From an uncultured Candidatus Saccharibacteria bacterium (lineage in GTDB: Bacteria; Patescibacteriota; Minisyncoccia; Phycocordibacterales; UBA9973): a stretch of DNA of 64,000 bases. Of this stretch, positions 56,727 to 64,000 are shown one piece after another; position 1 is the first letter of the stretch; every line of letters begins with the position of its first letter. Position numbers and translations under genes: made by a program. The notes below the pieces were generated by a model, which was given only the letters and a program-made list of their open reading frames with translations, was not told the origin of the DNA and did no database searches. The stretch is from positions 26,004-90,003 of the forward strand of contig CAYPQU010000002.1 of NCBI GenBank assembly GCA_964412965.1, written 5' to 3'.

Positions 56727-56756
56727 AAATGATTAAATTAGTTATAAAATAAACAG

Positions 56757-57926
56757 ATGGAACCACTAGCTCACAAAATCAGACCTACCAAGTTATCAGA
56801 ATTTGTCGGGCAAGAACACTTAATAGGCAAAGACAAACCATTAAACATAGCTATATCTAAAAAGCACGTTTTTTCTTTTATCTTATGGGGTCCACCAGGA
56901 GTAGGAAAAACTACGCTAGCGAGAATTTATGCAAAATCTATTAATGCGGACTTTTACGAGTTATCAGCAGTTTCCGCGTCTAAAGATGATATCAAAAAAA
57001 TCCTAGATGAATCACCAAGAGGAATTGGGACATTGCTCGGGCCTAAAATTATTTTTCTAGATGAAATTCATCGATTTAATAAAGCTCAACAGGATTTTCT
57101 TTTACCTTTTGTAGAAAATGGCAAACTTGTTTTGATTGGAGCTACAACAGAAAATCCGAGTTTCGAAGTCATTCCGGCTTTATTATCGCGATGCAAAGTT
57201 TTTGTTTTAGAAAGCCTCGGCTCTTCCGATATGAAAAAAATAATCAAGAGGACTGGTTATGAGATGGATAAAGAATCTATTGATTGGATTATTAAGTATT
57301 CTGATGGAGATGCCAGACAAGCAATCTCTGTAATTGAAAATACTTTTTCTCTATATCAAAAAATAACAATTGAAAATTTAAAAAATACAATTCAGTCAAA
57401 ATTTATTCGTTATGACAAAAAAGGGGAGGAGCACCACAATTTAATTAGTGCTTTTATCAAGAGTATGAGAGCTAGCCAACCAGACCCCACTTTATACTAT
57501 TTGTCAAGGATGATAGTGGCTGGAGAAGATCCAAAATTTATTGCGCGAAGAATGGTAGTTTTTGCTTCTGAAGATATTGGATTAGCACAACCAACAGCTT
57601 TAGTGGTGGCTAATGAGGTCTTTAGGGCCGTCGAAACTATCGGTTATCCAGAATGCGCAATAAACCTAGCTCACGGAGCAGTTTATTTGGCCCTGGCGAA
57701 GAAAGACAGAAGCACCTATGAAGCCTTCAGAACGGCCGAGAATGATGCCATGGTCCACGGAAGCCTTCCGGTACCACTTAATCTAAGGAATGCGCCTACG
57801 AAGCTAATGAAAGACTTAGGATATGGAAAAGGGTATGAAATATACACTGGTAAGGATTTAATGCCTACAAAACTAAAAAATAAAAAATATCTTATCAATA
57901 GGAGAGACAAAGAAAAACTAAAATAA
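56757..57926 (+). CDS. rarA: replication-associated recombination protein A (RarA/MgsA AAA+ ATPase)
   Basis: [13 protein letters not shown], Walker [12 protein letters not shown], Walker [13 protein letters not shown], and a MgsA C-terminal domain. Confidence 0.85.
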   Translation: MEPLAHKIRPTKLSEFVGQEHLIGKDKPLNIAISKKHVFSFILWGPPGVGKTTLARIYAKSINADFYELSAVSASKDDIKKILDESPRGIGTLLGPKIIFLDEIHRFNKAQQDFLLPFVENGKLVLIGATTENPSFEVIPALLSRCKVFVLESLGSSDMKKIIKRTGYEMDKESIDWIIKYSDGDARQAISVIENTFSLYQKITIENLKNTIQSKFIRYDKKGEEHHNLISAFIKSMRASQPDPTLYYLSRMIVAGEDPKFIARRMVVFASEDIGLAQPTALVVANEVFRAVETIGYPECAINLAHGAVYLALAKKDRSTYEAFRTAENDAMVHGSLPVPLNLRNAPTKLMKDLGYGKGYEIYTGKDLMPTKLKNKKYLINRRDKEKLK

Positions 57927-58047
57927 AACCCGACGGGCTTTATTTGTTAATATAAAGACTTTTATCCTATTTTAGTGTCGCAAAAGATATATTGTGCGAC
58001 GCTATATATGCTTTCAAACAAAGACACCGAGCACTTCCCTAAGATGT

Positions 58048-58983
58048 TTAATTCTCGTATTTCTTGACACATTCATTAAATGATTTTACTTGATTGTTGT
58101 ACGTCGCGACATCATTCTTAACCTGGTCTACCAAACTATTGTAGTAAAGAACTAGGTTATTATATTCTTCTATTCTTTTAGCTTGTTCTTTTTTCTCTGT
58201 CTCGTTAAATCCCCTATTAGTTTTTATTTCAAACAATCTTCTGGGCAAATCATCATTTAAACTTTTTATCTGTTGCTCGTTATATGTAGCTACATTATAT
58301 AAATTCTCATCTACCTTAGGACAAGCACTCTTGGGCGTACCAAAATGCTGAACAGCAACCCAAACTTCTTCTCCTTTAAAAATACCTTTCGAGATTGCAA
58401 CACCCAATTCTGTATAATTTGATTTCAAAACATTCTTTCTGTGACCAAAACTACCCATCCAGGCATCAACCAATGCTTTTTCATCTTTAAAACCTCCCAT
58501 TGCTAGGTTTTCTCCAATCAAAATGTATTCATAGCCAACTTCTTCACTAAGCTTATCTATCCCAACACCATCAGGAGAAACGTGCTCAAAATACTGATTC
58601 TCTAAAATATCTTTTACTTTTTTCTCTGCAGAAAGGTTTAAAATTTTATTTTCTTTTAGTTCAGTTAATTTATTTTTTACACGAGCCACATTGGTCTCAT
58701 AAATTACTTTATTCAAATCTAAAGTTTCTTGACTGGGCTTTACAAATCTATCTAGTAAATTTAGAGCACCAGGGGTTTCAGGTTTAATTTCAATTATCTT
58801 TTCTTTATTTTTTAGAGGATCATCTTCTCCGTTATTTATGACCAAATCTAAAACTTCTCCACCCTTGTAAAACAAATCACTCACAAAACGAAAAATGGCT
58901 TTATTAAAAATAATAATGGGAATCAAAATTACCACAATGATAATTATCGCTAACTTATATTTATTTTTATTATAATTTTCCAT
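58048..58983 (-). CDS. membrane-anchored CAP/SCP/PR-1-like domain protein (YkwD-like)
   Basis: N-terminal TM, and a C-terminal GENLAMGGF.....VDAWMGSFGHRKNVL...YTELGVA.......VWVAVQHFG. Confidence 0.65.
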   Translation of the reverse strand: MENYNKNKYKLAIIIIVVILIPIIIFNKAIFRFVSDLFYKGGEVLDLVINNGEDDPLKNKEKIIEIKPETPGALNLLDRFVKPSQETLDLNKVIYETNVARVKNKLTELKENKILNLSAEKKVKDILENQYFEHVSPDGVGIDKLSEEVGYEYILIGENLAMGGFKDEKALVDAWMGSFGHRKNVLKSNYTELGVAISKGIFKGEEVWVAVQHFGTPKSACPKVDENLYNVATYNEQQIKSLNDDLPRRLFEIKTNRGFNETEKKEQAKRIEEYNNLVLYYNSLVDQVKNDVATYNNQVKSFNECVKKYEN

Positions 58984-58985
58984 AT

Positions 58986-59351
58986 TTATTTACAAGTAGA
59001 AGAAAAGGTAAATCCCGATTTCTCTGCTTCTTCCCTATTCTTAAACCAAATTTGATTTTCTAATTTTATCCTACTAGCTCCTCCACAATCGCGCCCATAG
59101 TATTTTGAGCCATTTTTAGAGGCTACATATCGCTTTTCCGTGTTCAAGTCTTCTTCATTATACATTGTTTTAGAATCTTCAGCTAATGGCTTTTCTATGA
59201 CTATTTCTTCTCCAGTATCCCCTTTTAAAGATAATCGCCCTAAGCCAAAAGAAGCCATGCCTACAAAGATGATAACAAAAATTAACAGGACAGATTGTTT
59301 GTCTATTCCTGTTTTGCTCTTGATTTTATTTAATAAATTGGTTATACTCAT
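58986..59351 (-). CDS. hypothetical small membrane-anchored protein with a C-terminal Cys/basic motif
   Basis: TM LLIFVIIFVGMASFGLG. C-terminus YGRDCGGASRIKLENQIWFKNREEAEKSGFTFSSTCK is loosely reminiscent of Ada-type metal-binding segments (weak). Confidence 0.3.
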   Translation of the reverse strand: MSITNLLNKIKSKTGIDKQSVLLIFVIIFVGMASFGLGRLSLKGDTGEEIVIEKPLAEDSKTMYNEEDLNTEKRYVASKNGSKYYGRDCGGASRIKLENQIWFKNREEAEKSGFTFSSTCK

Positions 59352-59404
59352 TATTACTTAATTATAAATAATTAATTGGCTACTGGCTAGCCCAAATACA
59401 ATAT

Positions 59405-59677
59405 ATGGCACATAGGATGGCCGGAGGTACGGCCAAAAACTTAAGAGACTCAAATCCAAAATACCTTGGTACAAAGCTTTATGATGGTGAAAAAGCAAAA
59501 GCTGGATCAATAATCGTAAGACAAAGAGGAACAAAAATCCTTCCCGGAAAAAATGTAGGACTAGGTAAAGATCATACACTTTTTGCTTTAAAAGAAGGTA
59601 CAGTTAAATTCAAGACTAAAAGAAAGGTAGACTTTGACAAAAAAGTTTCCGTTAAAAAAACAGTAGAAGTTAACTAA
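59405..59677 (+). CDS. rpmA: 50S ribosomal protein L27
   Basis: [23 protein letters not shown]......[23 protein letters not shown]. Confidence 0.9.
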   Translation: MAHRMAGGTAKNLRDSNPKYLGTKLYDGEKAKAGSIIVRQRGTKILPGKNVGLGKDHTLFALKEGTVKFKTKRKVDFDKKVSVKKTVEVN

Positions 59678-59681
59678 TAAT

Positions 59682-59712
59682 AAAACCCCTAGCTTTAACG
59701 CTAGGGGTTTTA
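59682..59712. terminator. bidirectional intrinsic terminator between rpmA (+) and rplI (-) (8-bp stem cccctagc/gctagggg)
   Basis: Seen directly, with T-runs on both sides. Confidence 0.7.
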
Positions 59713-60147
59713 TTATTCAACTATTATTTCGCATTTTCCTTCTAGATTACCCTTTCTTAAAATTACTGAGTGCTTACCTGTGGATTTTATGTGTTCCATC
59801 ACTAAATATTTATCATCTATATGTTCTCCTGTTAATTTTTTAATGGCATCACTAACATCTCTGGCTGTAACAGATTTAAACAAAACACCTTTATCGTTAG
59901 CCTTAGCCTTGATGGTAATTTTTTTATTATTAATTTCTGAAACAAGAACTTCAAATGTTTTATTTTCCTCTTCCCTTTCTCTCTGCCTCTTGGCCTTCTT
60001 TGCTTCCAATTGAGATAACGCTTGAGGTGTAGCTAAAACGGCCTTGCCTTTTGATATTAAAACATTATGGGCAAAACCATCTTTTAAATCTAAAACATCA
60101 TCTTTCTTCCCTATTTTAGGAACATCTATAAGTAAAATAACTTTCAT
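59713..60147 (-). CDS. rplI: 50S ribosomal protein L9
   Basis: MKVILLIDVPKIGKKDDVLDLKDGFAHNVLISKGKAV matches the L9 N-terminal domain. The internal Met at 60147 is preferred over the ORF-track start. Confidence 0.85.
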   Translation of the reverse strand: MKVILLIDVPKIGKKDDVLDLKDGFAHNVLISKGKAVLATPQALSQLEAKKAKRQREREEENKTFEVLVSEINNKKITIKAKANDKGVLFKSVTARDVSDAIKKLTGEHIDDKYLVMEHIKSTGKHSVILRKGNLEGKCEIIVE

Positions 60148-60261
60148 ATATAACAATATATCATCTTGATTTTTTATACGCAAACACCACCGAAAAAGAA
60201 CTTTTAATAACTCTCAAATTTCATAATTTGACATTTAAATAATTCATTTTATTATTCCCGA

Positions 60262-60329
60262 GGCAAGGCCTCGACTGTTATCCACAAGTGTAAATCTAAA
60301 GCACCCAGACTAGAGTCGGGGTGCTTTTT
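60262..60329 (+). ncRNA. candidate ~68-nt small RNA in the rplI-ctpA spacer: a 5' hairpin cgaggc-aag-gcctcg, then a 3' intrinsic terminator gcaccc...gggtgc plus T5
   Basis: A plus-strand TTGACA-16-TATTAT at 60228-60255 and a plus-strand terminator with a T5 tail, yet both flanking genes are on the minus strand. Prediction from sequence only. Confidence 0.25.
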
Positions 60330-60339
60330 AAATTAAATG

Positions 60340-61563
60340 TTATTTTTTTAACAATATTTCTACAGCCTTGTCCATTTGGGGATCTTTTTTATTTTTTTCA
60401 TCCTCGGCTGTCATCTTAACTTCTATGTCTGGTGTAATTCCTTCCTTGCTAATAGAAACACCATCTGGTGTTAGCCAATTTGCTACGGTTATCTTGAGCG
60501 ATGTGTCATCAGTAAGTTTAACTAATTCTTGGACAGAACCTTTCCCGAATGTTTTTTCTCCAACAAGTGTTCCTATCTTATGACTTTTAATAGCCCCCGC
60601 TAAAATTTCTGAAGCAGAAGCAGAACCTCCGTCCACCAAAATTACCAATTTTAACCTTTCATCAAAAATTTTAGGTCCAGTGCTTTTGTATTCCTTTATT
60701 TTATCGCCGTGCATTGTATCCTCTTTTAAAATTACATCTCCTTCCTCAATAAAGAGTGACGCTATCCTGGTGGCTGCTTCTAAATAGCCACCAGGATTAC
60801 CCCGAAGATCTATAATTAATTTATCAGTCTTTGCTTCTATAAATTCAAGTAGTGCCTCTTTAAATAATTTTATCGAGTTTTGGGAGAAGCTGTAAAACTT
60901 TATTACAAAAACACCATCTTCCCTATTTTCTGTTTCAATTATAGGTATTTCTATTTCATCTCTTGTGACCTCTATCTCCCTGGTAGACTTTTCTCCTGGT
61001 CTTAATATAGTTAAATTAACAGATGTCCCCTTTGGTCCACGAATTAATTTTACCGCTTCGTCTGAAGAAATGTCGGCTGTACTTTTTTTATCAATTTCTA
61101 TAATTTTATCACCAGATTTTAATCCAGCTTTTTCTGCTGGTGTATTTTTAAGCGGTGCAACTATTGTAAGCAACTTGTCTTTAACTCCAAGTTCTGCTCC
61201 TATGCCCTCAAAGGAACCCCTAACCTCTTCTTCAAATTCTTTATTTTCTTCTGGTGGTAAAAATATTGTATAAGGATCATTAAACGAAGAAGCTAAACCT
61301 GAAATTGCACCCCAAACATAATCTTGGTCATTTTTGATATCTTTAGCATAAATAGATTTTTCTTTTAAAAGATTCCAAGCTTTCCAAAAGGGATCAAAGT
61401 CGGCAGTGCTTTCTTCTGGAGAATATTTATTATCAACACCATAAATTTTTTCTATATTGGGTTTGTTAGAATAACCATAAAAAGTACCCATCATAAAAAT
61501 GATGAATAGTGCGAGAATAAAAACGATTACATATATTACTAGTTTTATATTTGATTTTCTCAT
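60340..61563 (-). CDS. ctpA: carboxyl-terminal processing protease (S41 family, CtpA/Prc-like)
   Basis: N-terminal TM, PDZ domain (GLKSGDKIIEID), catalytic Ser/Lys region LVILVDGGSASASEILAGAIKSHKIGTLVGEKTFGKGSVQ. Confidence 0.85.
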   Translation of the reverse strand: MRKSNIKLVIYVIVFILALFIIFMMGTFYGYSNKPNIEKIYGVDNKYSPEESTADFDPFWKAWNLLKEKSIYAKDIKNDQDYVWGAISGLASSFNDPYTIFLPPEENKEFEEEVRGSFEGIGAELGVKDKLLTIVAPLKNTPAEKAGLKSGDKIIEIDKKSTADISSDEAVKLIRGPKGTSVNLTILRPGEKSTREIEVTRDEIEIPIIETENREDGVFVIKFYSFSQNSIKLFKEALLEFIEAKTDKLIIDLRGNPGGYLEAATRIASLFIEEGDVILKEDTMHGDKIKEYKSTGPKIFDERLKLVILVDGGSASASEILAGAIKSHKIGTLVGEKTFGKGSVQELVKLTDDTSLKITVANWLTPDGVSISKEGITPDIEVKMTAEDEKNKKDPQMDKAVEILLKK

Positions 61564-61583
61564 CTTATTATAATTTTATTAAA

Positions 61584-62816
61584 TTAATTATTTTTTTCAA
61601 CAAGTAAAGCTTGTGGGGTGTATTTGTTACTCGGGTCCCAAAGCATCCATGAAGTTAGATTATTATCGTAGGTGGCCTGTATTTGCTCTCTAACCAATTC
61701 TTTGGTGTAAGTGGCCCCCATGTCAAAATCTTGTAGCCAGGGCCGAATTTTAGCGATATTGAAGCCCTGTGCCTGCGTTTTGGAGATAGCCCCCTTGATA
61801 GACCTATCGATAACCTCGTAAGGATGAGCTGCGGGGTTAGTAAAATTAGAATAACCAGACGGATAGTGAGACGGATAAACCATCGGAGCTAGGTAGTCAA
61901 AATAAGGAAGTGCTTTTTCCCAAACTTGACCTATACCCATATCATCAACAGCTTCTGTTGTCAGGCCAAAAAGGTCTGCAGATAAAGGTATGTTATTTTC
62001 TTTTTTAAGTTCTTTTGAAAAATATTTGAAAAATTCCTCGATATTATCTGCGCGAGTTTTTCCATTTTTTAAATTATAATTTATATCTTTCATGTTACCA
62101 TCAGAAGGATATCGAATATAATCTAAATTTATTTCATCAAAGCCTAATTCGTAAGATTTCAAGGCTATTTTAAGAGTATAATCATGAACTTCTTTTTTAG
62201 TAGGGTCTAAAAAAGATAAACCTTTTCTGTCTTTCCAAACTCCTCCATCACTAAGCCTTTTTACAGCCCATTCAGGTTTAATCTTTGTCATATAAGGATC
62301 TTGAAAAACAGATATTCTTCCTATAACATAAATATTTTTTGAATGAAGAATATCTATAATAGTCTTAATCCCTTTAATTCTATTTTCCACACTTCCATAT
62401 TTTTTTATTTCAGGATCATCAATATCAAAACTCACTCTTCCGGTGGAATCTTTAATATCTATAACTACTGCATTTAGCTCTGTCTCTTCAATCATTTTAA
62501 CTAAAGAATTTCTAAAATCTCTAGATCCCGCAACCCAAGCAGACATATAAATAGCCTTTAGGGGGTCAGGAGTTTTTATGTGCGTAACTACAATATTATC
62601 TTCTAGGTTGGGTGGTTTAGAATCAACCACTATCTTTTTTTCTTCTTCAATTAATTTTTCTTCTTCTTTGATTTCTAAACCAGATGATTCACTATAGTAT
62701 TCTATTTTATTACTAAGCGACGGAGAGTATGCTATTACTATATAGGCAATTAAAAAAACACACGCAATTATCAATAAGTATAATGGGGTAGATTTCTTTG
62801 TGTGTTTTTTGTCCAT
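61584..62816 (-). CDS. membrane-anchored putative glycoside-hydrolase-like TIM-barrel protein (DUF4015/GHL10-like)
   Basis: N-terminal TM; KAIYMSAWVAGS....NAVVIDIKDSTGRV and DEINLDYIRYP resemble the family annotated as a putative glycosyl hydrolase domain. From memory, not verified. Confidence 0.45.
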   Translation of the reverse strand: MDKKHTKKSTPLYLLIIACVFLIAYIVIAYSPSLSNKIEYYSESSGLEIKEEEKLIEEEKKIVVDSKPPNLEDNIVVTHIKTPDPLKAIYMSAWVAGSRDFRNSLVKMIEETELNAVVIDIKDSTGRVSFDIDDPEIKKYGSVENRIKGIKTIIDILHSKNIYVIGRISVFQDPYMTKIKPEWAVKRLSDGGVWKDRKGLSFLDPTKKEVHDYTLKIALKSYELGFDEINLDYIRYPSDGNMKDINYNLKNGKTRADNIEEFFKYFSKELKKENNIPLSADLFGLTTEAVDDMGIGQVWEKALPYFDYLAPMVYPSHYPSGYSNFTNPAAHPYEVIDRSIKGAISKTQAQGFNIAKIRPWLQDFDMGATYTKELVREQIQATYDNNLTSWMLWDPSNKYTPQALLVEKNN

Positions 62817-62829
62817 TTTTTATTTTAAT

Positions 62830-63072
62830 TTAAATTTTAATTTCGGGGTTCCTTCTGGTCTCATTCTCTTCTATATTGTCTACAAAATTTTGATCCTGTT
62901 TCATTATCTTTGATAATCTAGCTTTTGTTTCTAAATAAAACAAATACGCAAGATAAATAATAGCGAGTCCGGACACAAAAAAGAGTACTTTTCGCCAGTT
63001 ATTTGGAAATCCTAAATAAGGCAAGATTATCACCCATAAACCAATTAAAAATAATGTTTTTTCTTTTCTCAT
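62830..63072 (-). CDS. hypothetical small membrane protein (80 aa, 2 TM)
   Basis: Two hydrophobic helices. Its start codon is immediately preceded by element B and, ~120 nt further upstream, a near-consensus promoter. Confidence 0.35.
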   Translation of the reverse strand: MRKEKTLFLIGLWVIILPYLGFPNNWRKVLFFVSGLAIIYLAYLFYLETKARLSKIMKQDQNFVDNIEENETRRNPEIKI

Positions 63073-63189
63073 CCAGTTAGAAGCAGGTCGCGGTCGTTAT
63101 CATTTATAACTAACCCATCTCTGCAAATTAATATAATAATGTTTTGAAATTTATTTTTCTTGTCCCGTAATCGCGGCTCCTAACGGGAC
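63071..63189. repeat. copy B of the ~120-nt structured element family; forms the entire 5' leader of the downstream minus-strand small gene
   Basis: About 85% identical to 16840-16961, with compensatory substitutions in all three helices. Hairpins gttat-cattt-ataac and gtcccgt...acgggac. Confidence 0.55.
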
Positions 63190-63199
63190 TCATTTTTAT

Positions 63200-63227
63200 A
63201 TTATACTCCGCAATGAGCTTTTTTCAA
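63200..63227 (-). promoter_or_regulatory. near-consensus sigma70 promoter on the minus strand (TTGAAA-16-TATAAT); predicted TSS ~63192, 2-3 nt before the element B hairpin
   Basis: Minus strand reads ttgaaaaaagctcattgcggagtataat, sitting between the RT stop and element B. Confidence 0.45.
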
Positions 63228-63245
63228 AATTAAATCAAACAAGAC

Positions 63246-64000
63246 TTAAAACCAATTATCATCACTTGTTATTTTTCTCCTCAAATTATAACTATTTGCA
63301 TGCTCGAAATGTCCAAAATAAGATCTTATAACAGGCAGAAACTTTATAGAGTATAAGCCATCTTCTTTGTTTTTATTTTTATACATTTTGTCTTTAAACC
63401 TCCGAACCACCTTTCTTCTTACTAGAGTATGAGTCGGTTTAATATAATAACCAAGAAAGTCTATTCCATGATTAACCTGCCTTAGAAATATCTTATCGGG
63501 GGCCAATTTTAAATTTAACTTCTGATTAAGAAATAGATCAATTTTTTTTATCGTTTCTTCTAATCTTTCTTTGTCTTCATCTAGGATAATAAAATCATCA
63601 ACATATCTAAGATAACGATAAAATTTTAATTCATTTTTTATATAATGATCCAATTTATCTAAATAAATATTTGCAAAAAATTGGCTAGTTAAATTCCCTA
63701 TTGGTAAACCTTTATTTCTATCTCCATAAAACAAAGATTTGTGCTTAGGGACAACGCCTCTTGTATTATTCGCCCCTTTGAAAACATAATTAGATGTTGG
63801 ATCATGAAAAATAATCATTTTTGTTAGCCACAGTATTTCGTCTTTCCACGATTTATCTTTGTCACTTCTCACAATAATCATTTTCATTTCTTCGTATAGA
63901 ATATTTTTGTCTATATTTCTGAAAAATCCCTTGATATCCATCTTTAAATAATACAATCTTCTACCATCCTTTCCTCCTCTTGATATATGATATCTTAATT
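63246..64000 (-). CDS. reverse transcriptase, DGR-type motif set; C-terminal ~250 aa, with the 5' end beyond the window
   Basis: The frame is open to the window edge. RT motif 1 LKMDIKGFFRNID, motif 4 GLPIGNLTSQFFANIYL (the IGxxxSQ variant typical of diversity-generating-retroelement RTs rather than QGxxxSP), motif 5 YLRYVDDFIIL, motifs 6/7 (LNLKLAPDK, GIDFLGYYI), and a short thumb. Confidence 0.75.
   Translation of the reverse strand, partial: LRYHISRGGKDGRRLYYLKMDIKGFFRNIDKNILYEEMKMIIVRSDKDKSWKDEILWLTKMIIFHDPTSNYVFKGANNTRGVVPKHKSLFYGDRNKGLPIGNLTSQFFANIYLDKLDHYIKNELKFYRYLRYVDDFIILDEDKERLEETIKKIDLFLNQKLNLKLAPDKIFLRQVNHGIDFLGYYIKPTHTLVRRKVVRRFKDKMYKNKNKEDGLYSIKFLPVIRSYFGHFEHANSYNLRRKITSDDNWF

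Noticed and set aside
57926-57950. A terminator after rarA (aaaacccgacgggcttta)
   Set aside because: Only a 3-4-bp stem can form; too weak to call.
63071-63189. Element B as group II intron domain V/VI downstream of an intron-encoded RT
   Set aside because: No 34-nt domain-V hairpin with an AGC triad, bulge or GNRA loop is present. The RT has the DGR-type SQ motif rather than QGxxxSP, with a short thumb and no maturase/En domains visible.
1-64000. Alternative genetic code (UGA recoding), as in some reduced-genome lineages
   Set aside because: Full-length conserved proteins are obtained with the standard code. Genes end in TAA or TAG, RF1 with a PAT motif is present, and no in-frame TGA interruptions are needed for any housekeeping gene.

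Overview
This is an AT-rich, gene-dense bacterial fragment with short compact genes. Inference: it comes from a reduced genome of Candidate Phyla Radiation / Patescibacteria type, given the split transketolase, the many pilin-like and hypothetical surface proteins, a PaaX-like regulator and a DGR-type reverse transcriptase (RT). Genes appear to use the standard code (stops TAA/TAG; RF1 present). Most of the window is housekeeping. It holds the 3' part of alaS, an infA-rpmJ-rpsM-rpsK-rpsD-rpoA-rplQ-rplM-rpsI ribosomal block, grpE-dnaK-dnaJ, several aaRS genes (cysS, trpS, aspS, gltX), gatB, recR, dnaB, scpAB and mraY-ftsW-murG. It also holds a central-carbon cluster (gap, rpiB, rpe, split tkt, a PfkB kinase, fba, ppdK, a minimal pyruvate-kinase-like gene), prfA, rarA, a Pif1-family helicase and ctpA. 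RNA genes are tRNA-Leu(TAA) on the minus strand and tRNA-Ile(GAT) on the plus strand. Non-housekeeping signals worth follow-up: (1) A family of two ~120-nt structured elements at 16840-16961 and 63071-63189. Each abuts the start codon of a minus-strand gene, and the two copies differ by compensatory changes in three helices. Copy B lies just downstream of a near-consensus promoter and next to an RT gene. (2) A REPtron-like unit: an IS200/RAYT-type HUH tyrosine transposase flanked by inverted copies of a 23-nt palindromic REP-like hairpin. (3) A 5'-truncated RT carrying the DGR-type IGxxxSQ motif at the window edge. (4) A nested tRNA-Ile locus: a full gene bracketed by a 5'-half copy, a 3'-half copy and 17-bp inverted repeats. 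(5) Partial tRNA-end duplications around tRNA-Leu. (6) A 2.8-copy 83-bp tandem repeat carrying an SD plus a 7-codon mini-ORF. (7) A type IV pilin-like protein fused to a LamG domain. (8) A pyruvate kinase lacking the B and C domains. (9) Candidate small transcription units and sRNAs, and several apparently leaderless mRNAs.
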